DNA of 49,155 nt from a virus (lineage: Duplodnaviria > Heunggongvirae > Uroviricota > Caudoviricetes), in the IMG/VR virus record IMGVR_UViG_647533161_000005; one strand, given 5' to 3'. The position numbers and the translations under genes are program-made. Each line of letters begins with the position of its first letter. Within the stretch, counting starts at the first letter, position 1. The notes under the pieces were generated by a model. That model did no database searches, was not told the origin of the DNA, and saw nothing but the letters and a program-made list of their open reading frames with translations. This document shows positions 24,116 to 34,062 of the stretch, piece by piece.

Positions 24116-26015
24116 TATGATGAGTGCTGTCACAACAGCATTACAGCCCCTGATAAGGGCATTGCCGGTGACGCCAGTTGAATGGGCTGATCAAAATTAT
24201 TATCTGCCTAAAGAATCTTCATATGGTGAGGGAGAATGGAAAACGCTGCCGTTCCAGATCGCCATCATGAACAGCATGGGGAATGATCAGATCCGGACTG
24301 TTAATCTGATTAAATCTGCCCGTGTTGGCTATACAAAGATGTTGCTGGGGGTGGTCGGGTATTTTATTGAGCATAAATCCCGAAACAGTCTGCTTTTTCA
24401 GCCCACGGATTCTGCCGCTGAAGATTTTATGAAGTCTCACGTGGAGGCGACGATTCGGGATGTGCCATGTCTGAAAGACCTTTTTCCATGGCTGGGGCGT
24501 AAACATCGTGACAATACCCTCACGCTGAAACGCTTTTCATCGGGTGTGGGTTTCTGGTGCCTGGGCGGCGCTGCCGCCAAAAACTACCGTGAAAAATCCG
24601 TGGACGTGGTCTGCTATGACGAACTTTCCTCGTTCGAACCGGATGTCGAAAAAGAGGGTTCGCCAACCCTGCTTGGGGATAAACGTATTGAGGGCTCTGT
24701 ATGGCCCAAATCCATTCGCGGCTCGACGCCTAAAATCAAAGGCACCTGCCAGATCGAAAAAGCGGCCAACGAGTCGGCGCATTTCATGCGTTTTTATGTG
24801 CCCTGCCCACACTGTGGGGAGGAGCAGTATCTGAAATTTGGCGATGAATCCACGCCTTTTGGCCTTAAATGGGAGAAGGACAGCCCCGAAAGCGTTTTCT
24901 ACCTCTGTGAACATCATGGCTGCGTGATCCATCAGTCTGAGCTTGACCAGAGCAACGGGCGGTGGATCTGTGAAAACACGGGGATGTGGACCCGTGACGG
25001 TCTGACGTTTTTCAGCGCCGCGGATAATGAAATTCCGCCGCCGCGCTCCATCACGTTCCATATCTGGACAGCGTACAGTCCGTTCACCACCTGGGTACAG
25101 ATAGTCTATGACTGGCTGGATGCACTGAAAGATCCCAACGGCCTGAAAACCTTTGTGAACACCACGCTGGGCGAGACCTGGGAAGAGGCCGTGGGCGAAA
25201 AACTCGATCACCAGGTGCTGATGGATAAGGTTGTGCGTTACACGGCGGCGGTGCCTGCCCGGGTGGTTTATCTGACGGCGGGCATTGACTCGCAGCGAAA
25301 CCGTTTTGAGATGTATGTCTGGGGATGGGCACCGGGAGAGGAAGCTTTTCTGGTGGATAAAATCATCATTATGGGGCGTCCTGATGAGGAAGAGACGCTG
25401 TTACGTGTGGATGCGGCGATCAACAAAAAATACCGCCATGCGGATGGCACCGAAATGACCATTTCCCGTGTCTGCTGGGACACCGGGGGGATCGATGGTG
25501 AAATCGTCTACCAGAGGTCAAAAAAACACGGTGTTTTCCGTGTGCTGCCGGTAAAAGGCGCGTCTGTCTATGGCAAGCCGGTGATCACCATGCCGAAAAC
25601 CCGCAATCAGCGGGGCGTTTATCTGTGTGAAGTGGGGACGGACACCGCAAAAGAAATTCTCTATGCCCGTATGAAAGCCGAGCCCACGCCTGCGGATGAA
25701 GCCACGTCGTATGCCATCCGTTTTCCTGATGATCCGGAGATTTTTTCGCAGACAGAGGCGCAGCAACTGGTCGCGGAAGAGCTTGTGGAGAAGTGGGAAA
25801 AAGGAAAGATGCGTCTGCTGTGGGATAACAAAAAGCGGCGTAACGAAGCGCTGGACTGCCTGGTGTATGCCTACGCGGCATTACGTGTGTCCGTGCAACG
25901 CTGGCAGCTTGATCTGGCTGTACTGGCAAAATCCCGGGAAGAAGAGACGACCCGGCCAACCCTTAAAGAACTGGCAGCGAAGCTGTCCGGAGGAGTGAAT
26001 GGTTACAGTCGCTGA
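24087..26015 (+). CDS. A: Terminase large subunit (gpA-like)
   Basis: MNISEQQ...VEWADQNYYLPKESSYGEGEWKTLPFQ...KSARVGYTKMLLG...CPHCGEEQYLKFGD... matches lambda gpA throughout. Confidence 0.95.
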   Translation: MNISEQQLNNMMSAVTTALQPLIRALPVTPVEWADQNYYLPKESSYGEGEWKTLPFQIAIMNSMGNDQIRTVNLIKSARVGYTKMLLGVVGYFIEHKSRNSLLFQPTDSAAEDFMKSHVEATIRDVPCLKDLFPWLGRKHRDNTLTLKRFSSGVGFWCLGGAAAKNYREKSVDVVCYDELSSFEPDVEKEGSPTLLGDKRIEGSVWPKSIRGSTPKIKGTCQIEKAANESAHFMRFYVPCPHCGEEQYLKFGDESTPFGLKWEKDSPESVFYLCEHHGCVIHQSELDQSNGRWICENTGMWTRDGLTFFSAADNEIPPPRSITFHIWTAYSPFTTWVQIVYDWLDALKDPNGLKTFVNTTLGETWEEAVGEKLDHQVLMDKVVRYTAAVPARVVYLTAGIDSQRNRFEMYVWGWAPGEEAFLVDKIIIMGRPDEEETLLRVDAAINKKYRHADGTEMTISRVCWDTGGIDGEIVYQRSKKHGVFRVLPVKGASVYGKPVITMPKTRNQRGVYLCEVGTDTAKEILYARMKAEPTPADEATSYAIRFPDDPEIFSQTEAQQLVAEELVEKWEKGKMRLLWDNKKRRNEALDCLVYAYAALRVSVQRWQLDLAVLAKSREEETTRPTLKELAAKLSGGVNGYSR

Positions 26016-26205
26016 ACTGCAGGCGCTGCGTCAGGCGCGCCTTGATTTATTAACCGGTAAACGGGTGGTGTCTGTCCAGAAAGATGGACGAAGAATTGAA
26101 TATACGGCGGCCTCTCTGGATGAGCTTAACCGTGCGATCAATGATGCTGAGTTGGTACTGGGGACAACCCGCCGTCGCCGTCGTCCGCTGGGAGTGAGGT
26201 TATGA
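25999..26205 (+). CDS. W: Head-tail joining protein gpW
   Basis: ..LLTGKRVVSVQKDGRRIEYTAASLDEL.. matches lambda W. Confidence 0.9.
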   Translation: MVTVAELQALRQARLDLLTGKRVVSVQKDGRRIEYTAASLDELNRAINDAELVLGTTRRRRRPLGVRL

Positions 26206-27794
26206 AACGAACGCCTGTCCTGATTGATGTGAACGGCGTTCCGCTTCGGGAGAGCCTCAGCTACAACGGGGGCGGCGCAGGATTTGGCGGGCAAATGGCG
26301 GAGTGGTTGCCACCGGCGCAGAGTGCCGATGCGGCCCTGCTGCCCGCGTTGCGTCTGGGGAATGCCCGGGCAGATGATCTGGTGCGCAATAACGGGATAG
26401 CGGCCAATGCGGTGGCCCTGCATAAGGATCACATTGTCGGGCATATGTTTCTTATCAGCTACCGCCCGAACTGGCGCTGGTTGGGGATGCGGGAGACCGC
26501 GACAAAAAGTTTTGTCGATGAGGTGGAGGCGGCCTGGTCAGAATACGCAGAAGGGGTGTTTGGCGAGATCGACGTGGAAGGGAAACGCACGTTTACAGAA
26601 TTTATTCGTGAAGGTGTGGGCGTTCATGCGTTTAACGGCGAAATCTTTGTGCAGCCGGTCTGGGATCCGGAGAGCACGCAACTGTTTCGTACGCGTTTTA
26701 AAGCCGTGAGTCCGAAACGGGTGGACACGCCAGGACATGGTATCGGGAACCGTTTTCTGCGGGCCGGGGTGGAGGTCGATCGATATGGTCGTGCCGTTGC
26801 GTACCATATCTGTGAGGATGATTTTCCGTTCTCCGGGAGTGGACGATGGGAACGGATCCCGCGTGAACTTCCCACCGGGCGTCCGGCCATGCTGCATATT
26901 TTCGAGCCGGTGGAGGACGGGCAGACCCGTGGGGCTAATCAGTTTTACAGCGTTATGGAACGGCTGAAGATGCTCGATTCCCTGCAGGCAACACAGCTTC
27001 AGTCGGCCATAGTGAAGGCGATGTATGCAGCGACGATTGAAAGTGACCTTGATACCGAAAAGGCCTTTGAATATATCGCCGGTGCGCCGCAGGGGCAGAA
27101 GGATAATCCGCTTATTAATATTCTGGATAAGTTCTCCACCTGGTATGACACGAATAGCGTGACGCTGGGCGGTGTCAAAATTCCGCACCTTTTCCCCGGT
27201 GATGATCTGAAACTTCAGACCGCGCAGGATTCAGACAATGGATTTTCGGCGCTTGAACAGGCGCTGCTGCGGTATATCGCCGCCGGTCTTGGCGTTTCCT
27301 ACGAACAGTTGTCCCGTGATTACTCGAAGGTCAGTTATTCAAGTGCCCGCGCATCCGCCAATGAGTCGTGGCGCTATTTTATGGGGCGGCGAAAATTTAT
27401 TGCGTCCCGGCTGGCCACGCAGATGTTTTCCTGCTGGCTGGAAGAGGCACTTCTTCGGGGGATTATTCGTCCGCCACGGGCACGTTTTGATTTTTATCAG
27501 GCGCGATCAGCCTGGTCACGGGCTGAGTGGATTGGAGCCGGAAGAATGGCCATTGACGGGCTCAAGGAGGTTCAGGAATCAGTGATGCGCATTGAGGCCG
27601 GACTGAGCACGTATGAGAAAGAGCTGGCGCTGATGGGCGAGGATTATCAGGACATTTTCCGCCAGCAGGTCAGGGAATCTGCAGAGCGGGAAAAAGCCGG
27701 ACTCTCACGTCCGGTGTGGATAGCGCAGGCGTATCAGCAGCAGATAGCGGAGAGTCGCAGGCCGGAAGAGGAGACAACACCACGTGAGACGTAA
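26202..27794 (+). CDS. B: Portal protein (gpB-like)
   Basis: 530-aa ORF in gpB position, lambda-like in size and context. Confidence 0.9.
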   Translation: MKRTPVLIDVNGVPLRESLSYNGGGAGFGGQMAEWLPPAQSADAALLPALRLGNARADDLVRNNGIAANAVALHKDHIVGHMFLISYRPNWRWLGMRETATKSFVDEVEAAWSEYAEGVFGEIDVEGKRTFTEFIREGVGVHAFNGEIFVQPVWDPESTQLFRTRFKAVSPKRVDTPGHGIGNRFLRAGVEVDRYGRAVAYHICEDDFPFSGSGRWERIPRELPTGRPAMLHIFEPVEDGQTRGANQFYSVMERLKMLDSLQATQLQSAIVKAMYAATIESDLDTEKAFEYIAGAPQGQKDNPLINILDKFSTWYDTNSVTLGGVKIPHLFPGDDLKLQTAQDSDNGFSALEQALLRYIAAGLGVSYEQLSRDYSKVSYSSARASANESWRYFMGRRKFIASRLATQMFSCWLEEALLRGIIRPPRARFDFYQARSAWSRAEWIGAGRMAIDGLKEVQESVMRIEAGLSTYEKELALMGEDYQDIFRQQVRESAEREKAGLSRPVWIAQAYQQQIAESRRPEEETTPRET

Positions 27795-29232
27795 TCTTTC
27801 ACACATTATTGCCGCAGCATTCAATGAACCGCTGCTTCTGGAGCCCGCCTATGCGCGGGTTTTCTTTTGCGCGCTCGGGCGCGAGATAGGGGCAGCAAGT
27901 CTTTCGGTACCACAACAACAGGTACAGCTTGATGCTCCCGGAATGCTGGCTGAAACGGACGAGTACATGGCCGGAGGTAAACGACCGGCCCGTGTTTACC
28001 GGGTGGTGAACGGTATTGCTGTACTGCCGGTGACCGGCACGCTGGTGCACCGGCTGGGCGGTATGCGGCCATTTTCCGGAATGACAGGCTATGACGGCAT
28101 TGTCGCCTGTCTTCAGCAGGCAATGGCGGATAGCCAGGTGCGGGGCGTACTGCTGGACATTGACAGTCCGGGCGGGCAGGCCGCCGGCGCGTTTGACTGC
28201 GCTGACATGATTTACCGCCTCCGTCAGCAGAAGCCGGTCTGGGCACTGTGCAATGACACTGCCTGTTCTGCAGCCATGCTGCTGGCGTCGGCCTGCTCCC
28301 GACGGCTGGTTACCCAGACATCCCGTATCGGCTCCATTGGCGTGATGATGAGCCATGTCAGCTATGCCGGTCATCTGGCGCAGGCCGGTGTGGATATCAC
28401 GCTGATTTATGCCGGGGCGCACAAGGTGGATGGCAATCAGTTTGAAGCGTTGCCGGCAGAGGTTCGCCAGGACATGCAGCAGCGGATTGATGCGGCGCAC
28501 CGGATGTTTGCCGAAAAAGTGGCGATGTATACCGGGTTGTCTGTGGATGCGGTCACGGGAACAGAGGCCGCCGTTTTTGAAGGTCAGTCCGGCATTGAGG
28601 CCGGGCTGGCGGATGAATTAATCAATGCGTCGGATGCCATCAGTGTGATGGCCACGGCGCTGAACAGTAATGTCAGAGGAGGCACTATGCCGCAATTAAC
28701 TGCAACGGAAGCCGCCGTGCAGGAGAACCAGCGAGTGATGGGGATCCTGACATGCCAGGAAGCGAAAGGACGTGAACAGCTTGCCACGATGCTGGCAGGG
28801 CAACAGGGCATGAGCGTTGAACAGGCCCGGGCGATTCTGGCCGCGGCGGCACCGCAGCAGCCGGTGGCATCCGCGCAGAGTGAAGCCGATCGCATTATGG
28901 CGTGTGAAGAAGCGAACGGTCGTGAACAACTGGCGGCTGCACCACTGGCGGATGCCGGGCCCTCACTTCGTGATCAGATCATGGCCCTGGATGAGGCAAA
29001 AGGGGCAGAAGCGCAGGCTGAAAAACTGGCGGCCTGCCCGGGAATGACCGTGGAGAACGCCCGGGCTGTGCTGGCTGCGGGATCAGGTAAGGCCGAACCG
29101 GTCTCTGCATCCACAACCGCCCTGTTTGAACATTTCATGGCGAATCATTCACCGGCAGCGGTGCGGGGTGGCGTGTCACAGACGTCAGCAGACGGTGATG
29201 CGGACGTGAAAATGCTCATGGCCATGCCATGA
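27784..29232 (+). CDS. C: Head maturation protease gpC (S49-type) with nested in-frame scaffold (Nu3-like) region
   Basis: ..AFNEPLLLEPAYARVFFCAL.., ..YRVVNGIAVLPVTGTLV.., ..VWALCNDTACSAAMLLASACSRRLVTQTSRIGSIGVMM.. match lambda C. Confidence 0.9.
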   Translation: MRRNLSHIIAAAFNEPLLLEPAYARVFFCALGREIGAASLSVPQQQVQLDAPGMLAETDEYMAGGKRPARVYRVVNGIAVLPVTGTLVHRLGGMRPFSGMTGYDGIVACLQQAMADSQVRGVLLDIDSPGGQAAGAFDCADMIYRLRQQKPVWALCNDTACSAAMLLASACSRRLVTQTSRIGSIGVMMSHVSYAGHLAQAGVDITLIYAGAHKVDGNQFEALPAEVRQDMQQRIDAAHRMFAEKVAMYTGLSVDAVTGTEAAVFEGQSGIEAGLADELINASDAISVMATALNSNVRGGTMPQLTATEAAVQENQRVMGILTCQEAKGREQLATMLAGQQGMSVEQARAILAAAAPQQPVASAQSEADRIMACEEANGREQLAAAPLADAGPSLRDQIMALDEAKGAEAQAEKLAACPGMTVENARAVLAAGSGKAEPVSASTTALFEHFMANHSPAAVRGGVSQTSADGDADVKMLMAMP

Positions 29233-29268
29233 AGTCAGTGCTGACCATCAATATGAGGTTTTAACAAA

Positions 29269-29616
29269 ATGGTGACGAAAACCATCACTGAACAGCGTGC
29301 GGAAGTACGTATTTTTGCCGGTAATGATCCGGCTCATACCGCCACAGGCAGCAGCGGGATTTCTTCCGCAACACCGGCTCTGACGCCCCTGATGCTGGAT
29401 GAAGCCACCGGGAAACTGGTGGTCTGGGATGGACAGAAAGCCGGTAGTGCGGTTGGCATACTGGTACTGCCGCTTGAAGGCACAGAGACAGCGCTGACGT
29501 ATTACAAGTCGGGAACCTTTGCGACGGAGGCAATCCACTGGCCTGAAAGTGTGGATGAACACAAAAAGGCAAATGCCTTTGCCGGCACAGCCCTGAGTCA
29601 CGCGGCTCTGCCGTAA
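29269..29616 (+). CDS. D: Head decoration protein gpD
   Basis: ..DPAHTAT...PALTPLMLD...KLVVWDG...AVGIL...LTYYKSGTF... matches lambda D. Confidence 0.9.
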   Translation: MVTKTITEQRAEVRIFAGNDPAHTATGSSGISSATPALTPLMLDEATGKLVVWDGQKAGSAVGILVLPLEGTETALTYYKSGTFATEAIHWPESVDEHKKANAFAGTALSHAALP

Positions 29617-29673
29617 CACGTTATCAGGCCACCATGGTGGCCTGACTGATTTCTGAATGAAAGGAACTGATTT

Positions 29674-30702
29674 ATGGGATTGTTTACGACCCGCCAGTTA
29701 CTCGGTTATACCGAACAAAAAGTTAAATTCCGTGCGCTATTTCTGGAGCTGTTTTTCCGCCGTACGGTGAATTTCCACACCGAAGAGGTGATGCTGGACA
29801 AAATTACCGGAAAAACGCCGGTGGCGGCCTATGTCTCCCCGATCGTTGAAGGAAAAGTGCTGCGCCATCGTGGTGGTGAAACCCGCGTGTTGCGTCCGGG
29901 CTACGTCAAGCCGAAACACGAATTTAATTACCAGCAGGCGGTTGAGCGCCTTCCTGGTGAAGATCCATCTCAACTGAATGATCCGGCTTACCGCCGTCTG
30001 CGTATCATTACCGATAACCTCAAACAGGAAGAGCACGCCATTGTCCAGGTGGAAGAAATGCAGGCGGTAAATGCTGTGTTGTATGGCAAATACACCATGG
30101 AAGGAGACCAGTTCGAGAAAATTGAGGTCGATTTTGGCAGGTCGACGAAGAATAACATCACTCAGGGTAGTGGTAAGGAGTGGTCAAAACAGGATCGTGA
30201 CACGTTCGATCCTACACATGATATTGACCTCTACTGCGACCAGGCCAGCGGTCTTGTGAATATTGCCATTATGGACGGTACCGGCTGGCGTCTTCTGAAT
30301 GGTTTTAAGCTGTTCCGCGAAAAACTGGATACCCGTCGCGGTTCAAATTCTCAACTCGAAACGGCAGTGAAAGATCTGGGCGCAGTGGTGTCCTTCAAGG
30401 GGTATTACGGCGATCTGGCCATTGTGGTGGCGAAAACGTCTTATATAGCAGAAGACGGTATCGAAAAACGTTATCTTCCAGATGGCATGCTGGTTCTGGG
30501 GAATACTGCTGCAGATGGGATCCGTTGTTACGGTGCCATTCAGGATGCTCAGGCGTTGTCCGAAGGTGTGGTGGCCTCTTCCCGTTATCCGAAACACTGG
30601 CTGACGGTAGGGGATCCCGCCCGTGAATTTACCATGACGCAGTCCGCGCCGCTGATGGTGTTGCCGGACCCGGATGAGTTTGTGGTGGTACAGGTGAAAT
30701 AA
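29674..30702 (+). CDS. E: Major capsid protein gpE
   Basis: ..YVSPIV.G.V.R.RGG...PGYVKPKHE.N...KLDTRRGSNS.LETAVKDLG...GDPAREFTM.QSAPLM.L.DPDEFV.VQ matches lambda E. Confidence 0.95.
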   Translation: MGLFTTRQLLGYTEQKVKFRALFLELFFRRTVNFHTEEVMLDKITGKTPVAAYVSPIVEGKVLRHRGGETRVLRPGYVKPKHEFNYQQAVERLPGEDPSQLNDPAYRRLRIITDNLKQEEHAIVQVEEMQAVNAVLYGKYTMEGDQFEKIEVDFGRSTKNNITQGSGKEWSKQDRDTFDPTHDIDLYCDQASGLVNIAIMDGTGWRLLNGFKLFREKLDTRRGSNSQLETAVKDLGAVVSFKGYYGDLAIVVAKTSYIAEDGIEKRYLPDGMLVLGNTAADGIRCYGAIQDAQALSEGVVASSRYPKHWLTVGDPAREFTMTQSAPLMVLPDPDEFVVVQVK

Positions 30703-30753
30703 TCCGTGAGCGGGGGCGAAATGCCCCCGTGTCTTTTTTCACAGGGGGCTGAT

Positions 30754-31128
30754 ATGGCAACGAAAGAGCAAAATCTGAAACGGCTTGATGAACTGGCCCT
30801 GATTCTGGGGCGTGAGCCGGATATATCCGGGAGTGCCGCAGAGATAGCGCAGCGGGTGGCAGAATGGGAAGAGGAAATGCAGTCATCCGGCGATGATGTA
30901 CAGGTTATGAATATGGATATCCGGGAGCGGGAAACCGCGGCTCATGATGTTCGTGAGGAAACATCCGGCGCGTTAACGCGCATCAGAGTTCTGACCTGCC
31001 TCCATCTCTGTGGCGTTGATGGTGAAACGGGGGAATCCGTTGAGCTTGCGGATGTTGGTCGGGTGATTCTGATTATGTCCTCAGATGCAAAAACACACGT
31101 TGATGGTGGAATGGCTGTTTATGCGTGA
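30754..31128 (+). CDS. FI: DNA packaging protein FI-like
   Basis: Position between E and FII; ATG at 30754 preceded by GGGGG. Confidence 0.7.
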   Translation: MATKEQNLKRLDELALILGREPDISGSAAEIAQRVAEWEEEMQSSGDDVQVMNMDIRERETAAHDVREETSGALTRIRVLTCLHLCGVDGETGESVELADVGRVILIMSSDAKTHVDGGMAVYA

Positions 31129-31474
31129 TTTTCAGAATGCCTTTGATGCCGCCCTTGCCGGGGTGGACAGTACGATTGTTGAAGTGATGGGGATCCGTGC
31201 GCAGTTCACCTCCGGAGCACAACGTGGCGGCGAAGTTCAGGGGGTTTTTGACGATCCGGAGTCGCTGGGTTTTGCCGGTGGCGGGGTCCGTATTGAAGGA
31301 AGCAGCCCGTCATTATTTGTGCGGACGGATACGGTGCGTGCCGTGCGGCGTGGTGACACGCTGACCATTAACGGCGAGATGTTCTGGGTGGATCGTGTTT
31401 CTCCGGATGACGGGGGAAGCTGTTATCTCTGGCTCAACCGTGGGCAACCACCCGCTGTTAACCGGCGACGATAA
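31121..31474 (+). CDS. FII: Head completion protein FII
   Basis: ..FDAALAGVDSTI...GVFDDPE...GVRIEGSSPSLFVRTD.VR..RRGDTLTI....FWVDRVSPDDGGSC.LWL.RG.PPAVNRRR matches lambda FII. Confidence 0.9.
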   Translation: MRDFQNAFDAALAGVDSTIVEVMGIRAQFTSGAQRGGEVQGVFDDPESLGFAGGGVRIEGSSPSLFVRTDTVRAVRRGDTLTINGEMFWVDRVSPDDGGSCYLWLNRGQPPAVNRRR

Positions 31475-31489
31475 ACGCAGGGGGAAATT

Positions 31490-32023
31490 ATGGCGATAAA
31501 AGGGCTTGATCAGGCGATTGATAATCTGAGCCGGGTTCGTAAAAACGCCATTCCGGCGGCTTCAGCAATGACGATTAACCGCGTGGCCACAACGGCGATT
31601 AATCAGTCTTCATCACAGGTTGCCCGGGAGACAAAGGTACGCCGGAAACTGGTTAAGGAACGGTCCAGACTGAAACGGGCGACGGTCAGAAATCCGAACG
31701 CAAAAATTATCGTTAACCGCGGTGATCTTCCAGTGATTAAGCTGGGGATCAGGATGCTGGGCCGTCGTCCGAACAGCATACTTAAAGCCGGTCAGCATCG
31801 GTATCAGCGGGCATTCATTCAGCGATTAAAAAACGGTCGCTGGCATGTCATGCAGCGTGTGGCCGGGAAAAACCGTTACCCTATTGATGTGGTGAAAATC
31901 CCGATGGCGGCCCCACTGAAACAGGCGTTTGATGAGAATGTTGACCGTATCCGGCGTGAACGCCTGCCCGGAGAACTGGCATCCGCGCTGAAACAACAAC
32001 TGAGGATTGCGATAAAACGATGA
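31490..32023 (+). CDS. Z: Minor tail protein Z
   Basis: MAIKGLDQAIDNLSR...INRVA..AI.QS.SQVARETKVRRKLVKER.RLKRATV.NP matches lambda Z. Confidence 0.9.
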   Translation: MAIKGLDQAIDNLSRVRKNAIPAASAMTINRVATTAINQSSSQVARETKVRRKLVKERSRLKRATVRNPNAKIIVNRGDLPVIKLGIRMLGRRPNSILKAGQHRYQRAFIQRLKNGRWHVMQRVAGKNRYPIDVVKIPMAAPLKQAFDENVDRIRRERLPGELASALKQQLRIAIKR

Positions 32024-32415
32024 AACACACTGATATCCGTGCTGCAGTGCTGGATGCACTCGAGCAGCATGAACACGGGGCGACGCTGTTTGATGGTCGC
32101 CCCGTTGTTTTTGACGAAGAGGATTTTCCTGCGATCGCGGTTTATCTGACGGATGCAGAGTATACCGGTGAAGAGCTGGATGCAGATACCTGGCGGGCCA
32201 CACTGCATATTGAGGTGTTTTTACCGGCACAGGTACCGGATTCAGAGCTTGATCAGTGGATGGAAAGCCGGATTTATCCGGCGATGACTGCGATCCCGGC
32301 ACTGGCAGGACTGATTACCACGATGGTTACGCAGGGCTATGAGTATCGTCGTGATGACGATATGGCGTTATGGAGCTCTGCGGATCTGACTTATTCCATT
32401 ACATACGAGATGTGA
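32020..32415 (+). CDS. U: Minor tail protein U
   Basis: [75 protein letters not shown] matches lambda U. Confidence 0.9.
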   Translation: MKHTDIRAAVLDALEQHEHGATLFDGRPVVFDEEDFPAIAVYLTDAEYTGEELDADTWRATLHIEVFLPAQVPDSELDQWMESRIYPAMTAIPALAGLITTMVTQGYEYRRDDDMALWSSADLTYSITYEM

Positions 32416-32422
32416 GGACGAT

Positions 32423-33172
32423 ATGGCAACACCAAATCCCCTGGAGCCGGTAAAAGGTGCCGGTACCACTCTGTGGGTTTACAACGGCAAGGGTGATGCT
32501 TATGCAAACCCGTTGTCAGACGCTGACTGGCAGCGACTGGCTAAGGTGAAGGATCTGACGCCGGGCGAGATGACGGCAGAATCCTACGATGATAACTACC
32601 TGGATGATGAAGACGCAGACTGGACCGCGACCGGGCAGGGGCAGAAATCTGCAGGTGATACCAGTTTTACGCTGGCCTGGAAACCGGGAGAGGAAGGTCA
32701 GAAAGGGCTTATAGGCTGGTTTGAAAGCGGCGATGTCCGGGCCTATAAAATCCGTTTTCCGAATGGCACGGTGGATGTGTTTCGTGGCTGGGTCAGCAGT
32801 ATCGGTAAGGCCGTGACGGCGAAAGAAGTGATCACCCGCACGGTGAAAGTCACTAACGTGGGTAAACCTTCTGTAGCGGAAGAACGCAGCAAAATTACGC
32901 CGGTCAGTGCGATTAAGGTGACGCCGACATCCGGTACGGTGGCAAAAGGGAAAACAACCACCCTGACCGTTACTGTGGAACCGGAAAATGCAACGGATAA
33001 GACATTCAGGGCGATTTCCGCCGATCCATCAAAAGCCACCATTAGCGTGAAAGATATGACGATTACTGTGACGGGGGTTAAGGATGGAAAAGTCAGCATC
33101 CCTGTGATTTCCGGTAATGGTCAGTTTGCTGCGGTGGCTGAAATTACCGTTAATAATGTGCCGGGTAGCTAA
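32423..33172 (+). CDS. V: Major tail protein V with C-terminal Ig-like region
   Basis: Position and lambda V-like N-terminal region; C-terminal region with Ig-like repeats ([31 protein letters not shown]...). Confidence 0.9.
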   Translation: MATPNPLEPVKGAGTTLWVYNGKGDAYANPLSDADWQRLAKVKDLTPGEMTAESYDDNYLDDEDADWTATGQGQKSAGDTSFTLAWKPGEEGQKGLIGWFESGDVRAYKIRFPNGTVDVFRGWVSSIGKAVTAKEVITRTVKVTNVGKPSVAEERSKITPVSAIKVTPTSGTVAKGKTTTLTVTVEPENATDKTFRAISADPSKATISVKDMTITVTGVKDGKVSIPVISGNGQFAAVAEITVNNVPGS

Positions 33173-33190
33173 AGAGCTGAGAGATAAGCG

Positions 33191-33622
33191 ATGTTCCTGA
33201 AAACAGAACAATTTGAATATAACGGTGTATCCGTCACGCTTTCTGAGCTGTCTGCGCTGCAGCGTATTGAGCATCTTGCCCTCCTGAAACGGCGGGCAGA
33301 AGAGGCTGAAGCCAGCGGCAACCTGCAGGTGAGTGTGGAAGATCTTGTCAGAACCGGCGCGTTTCTGGTGGCGATGTCCCTGTGGCATAACCATCCACAG
33401 AAAACGCAGTCACCGTCAATGAATGAGGCCGTGATGAAGATAGAGCAGGAAGTGCTCACCACCTGGCCTGCTGATGCCATTGCCCGGGCGGAAGACGTGG
33501 TGTTGCGTCTGTCCGGGATGATCGAAGCTGTTCGTCCGGATACTGATATTACTGAAGTGGCGAAAAATAACACGCTGACTGATGATGATTTTTCTGCGGG
33601 AAAGTCTTCGACGGTGAGCTGA
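33191..33622 (+). CDS. G: Tail assembly chaperone G
   Basis: ORF in the gpG position, ending shortly after a GGGAAAG slippery heptamer. Confidence 0.85.
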   Translation: MFLKTEQFEYNGVSVTLSELSALQRIEHLALLKRRAEEAEASGNLQVSVEDLVRTGAFLVAMSLWHNHPQKTQSPSMNEAVMKIEQEVLTTWPADAIARAEDVVLRLSGMIEAVRPDTDITEVAKNNTLTDDDFSAGKSSTVS

Positions 33623-34062
33623 ACTTTGCCCTCAGACTGGCGCGTGAGATGGGGAGACCCGACTGGCGCGCCATGCTTGCCGGGATGACATCCACCGAAT
33701 ATGCCGACTGGCACCGTTTTTACCGCACGCATTATTTTCAGGATACCCAGCTGGATATGCATTTTTCCGGGCTGACGTACGCTGTACTCAGCCTGTTTTT
33801 TTGCGATCCGGATATGCATCCCTCTGATTTCAGTCTGCTTGTCCCCCGGCATGAGGAAGAGCAGGTGGAGAGGCCGGATGAGGACAAAATGCTGATGCAG
33901 AAAGCGGCAGGACTTGCCGGAGGCGTCCGGTTCGGTGGGGACGGAGGGGGCGATATTTTATCGTCTGCGGATGTGGCGGATGTCATGGTGGATGATGCCG
34001 CATTAATGATGGCTTCAGCGGGGATTCCGGGAGGTGTGAGATATGTCCCAGCCGGTTGGTGA
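33191..34062 (+). CDS. G-T: Tail assembly chaperone G-T fusion produced by programmed -1 frameshift at 33598..33604
   Basis: Slippery sequence G GGA AAG in the G frame; the -1 frame continues as GKVFDGELNFALRLAREMGRPDWRAMLAGM... (T region) to the stop at 34062. Confidence 0.8.

Noticed and set aside
24537-25211. Antisense ORFs inside terminase, portal, capsid and J genes (for example 24537..25211, 26538..27188, 27799..28500, 40727..41323, 41443..42066, 43674..44351)
   Set aside because: Each is embedded in a confidently assigned structural gene on the other strand; these are typical spurious ORFs in GC-rich coding DNA.
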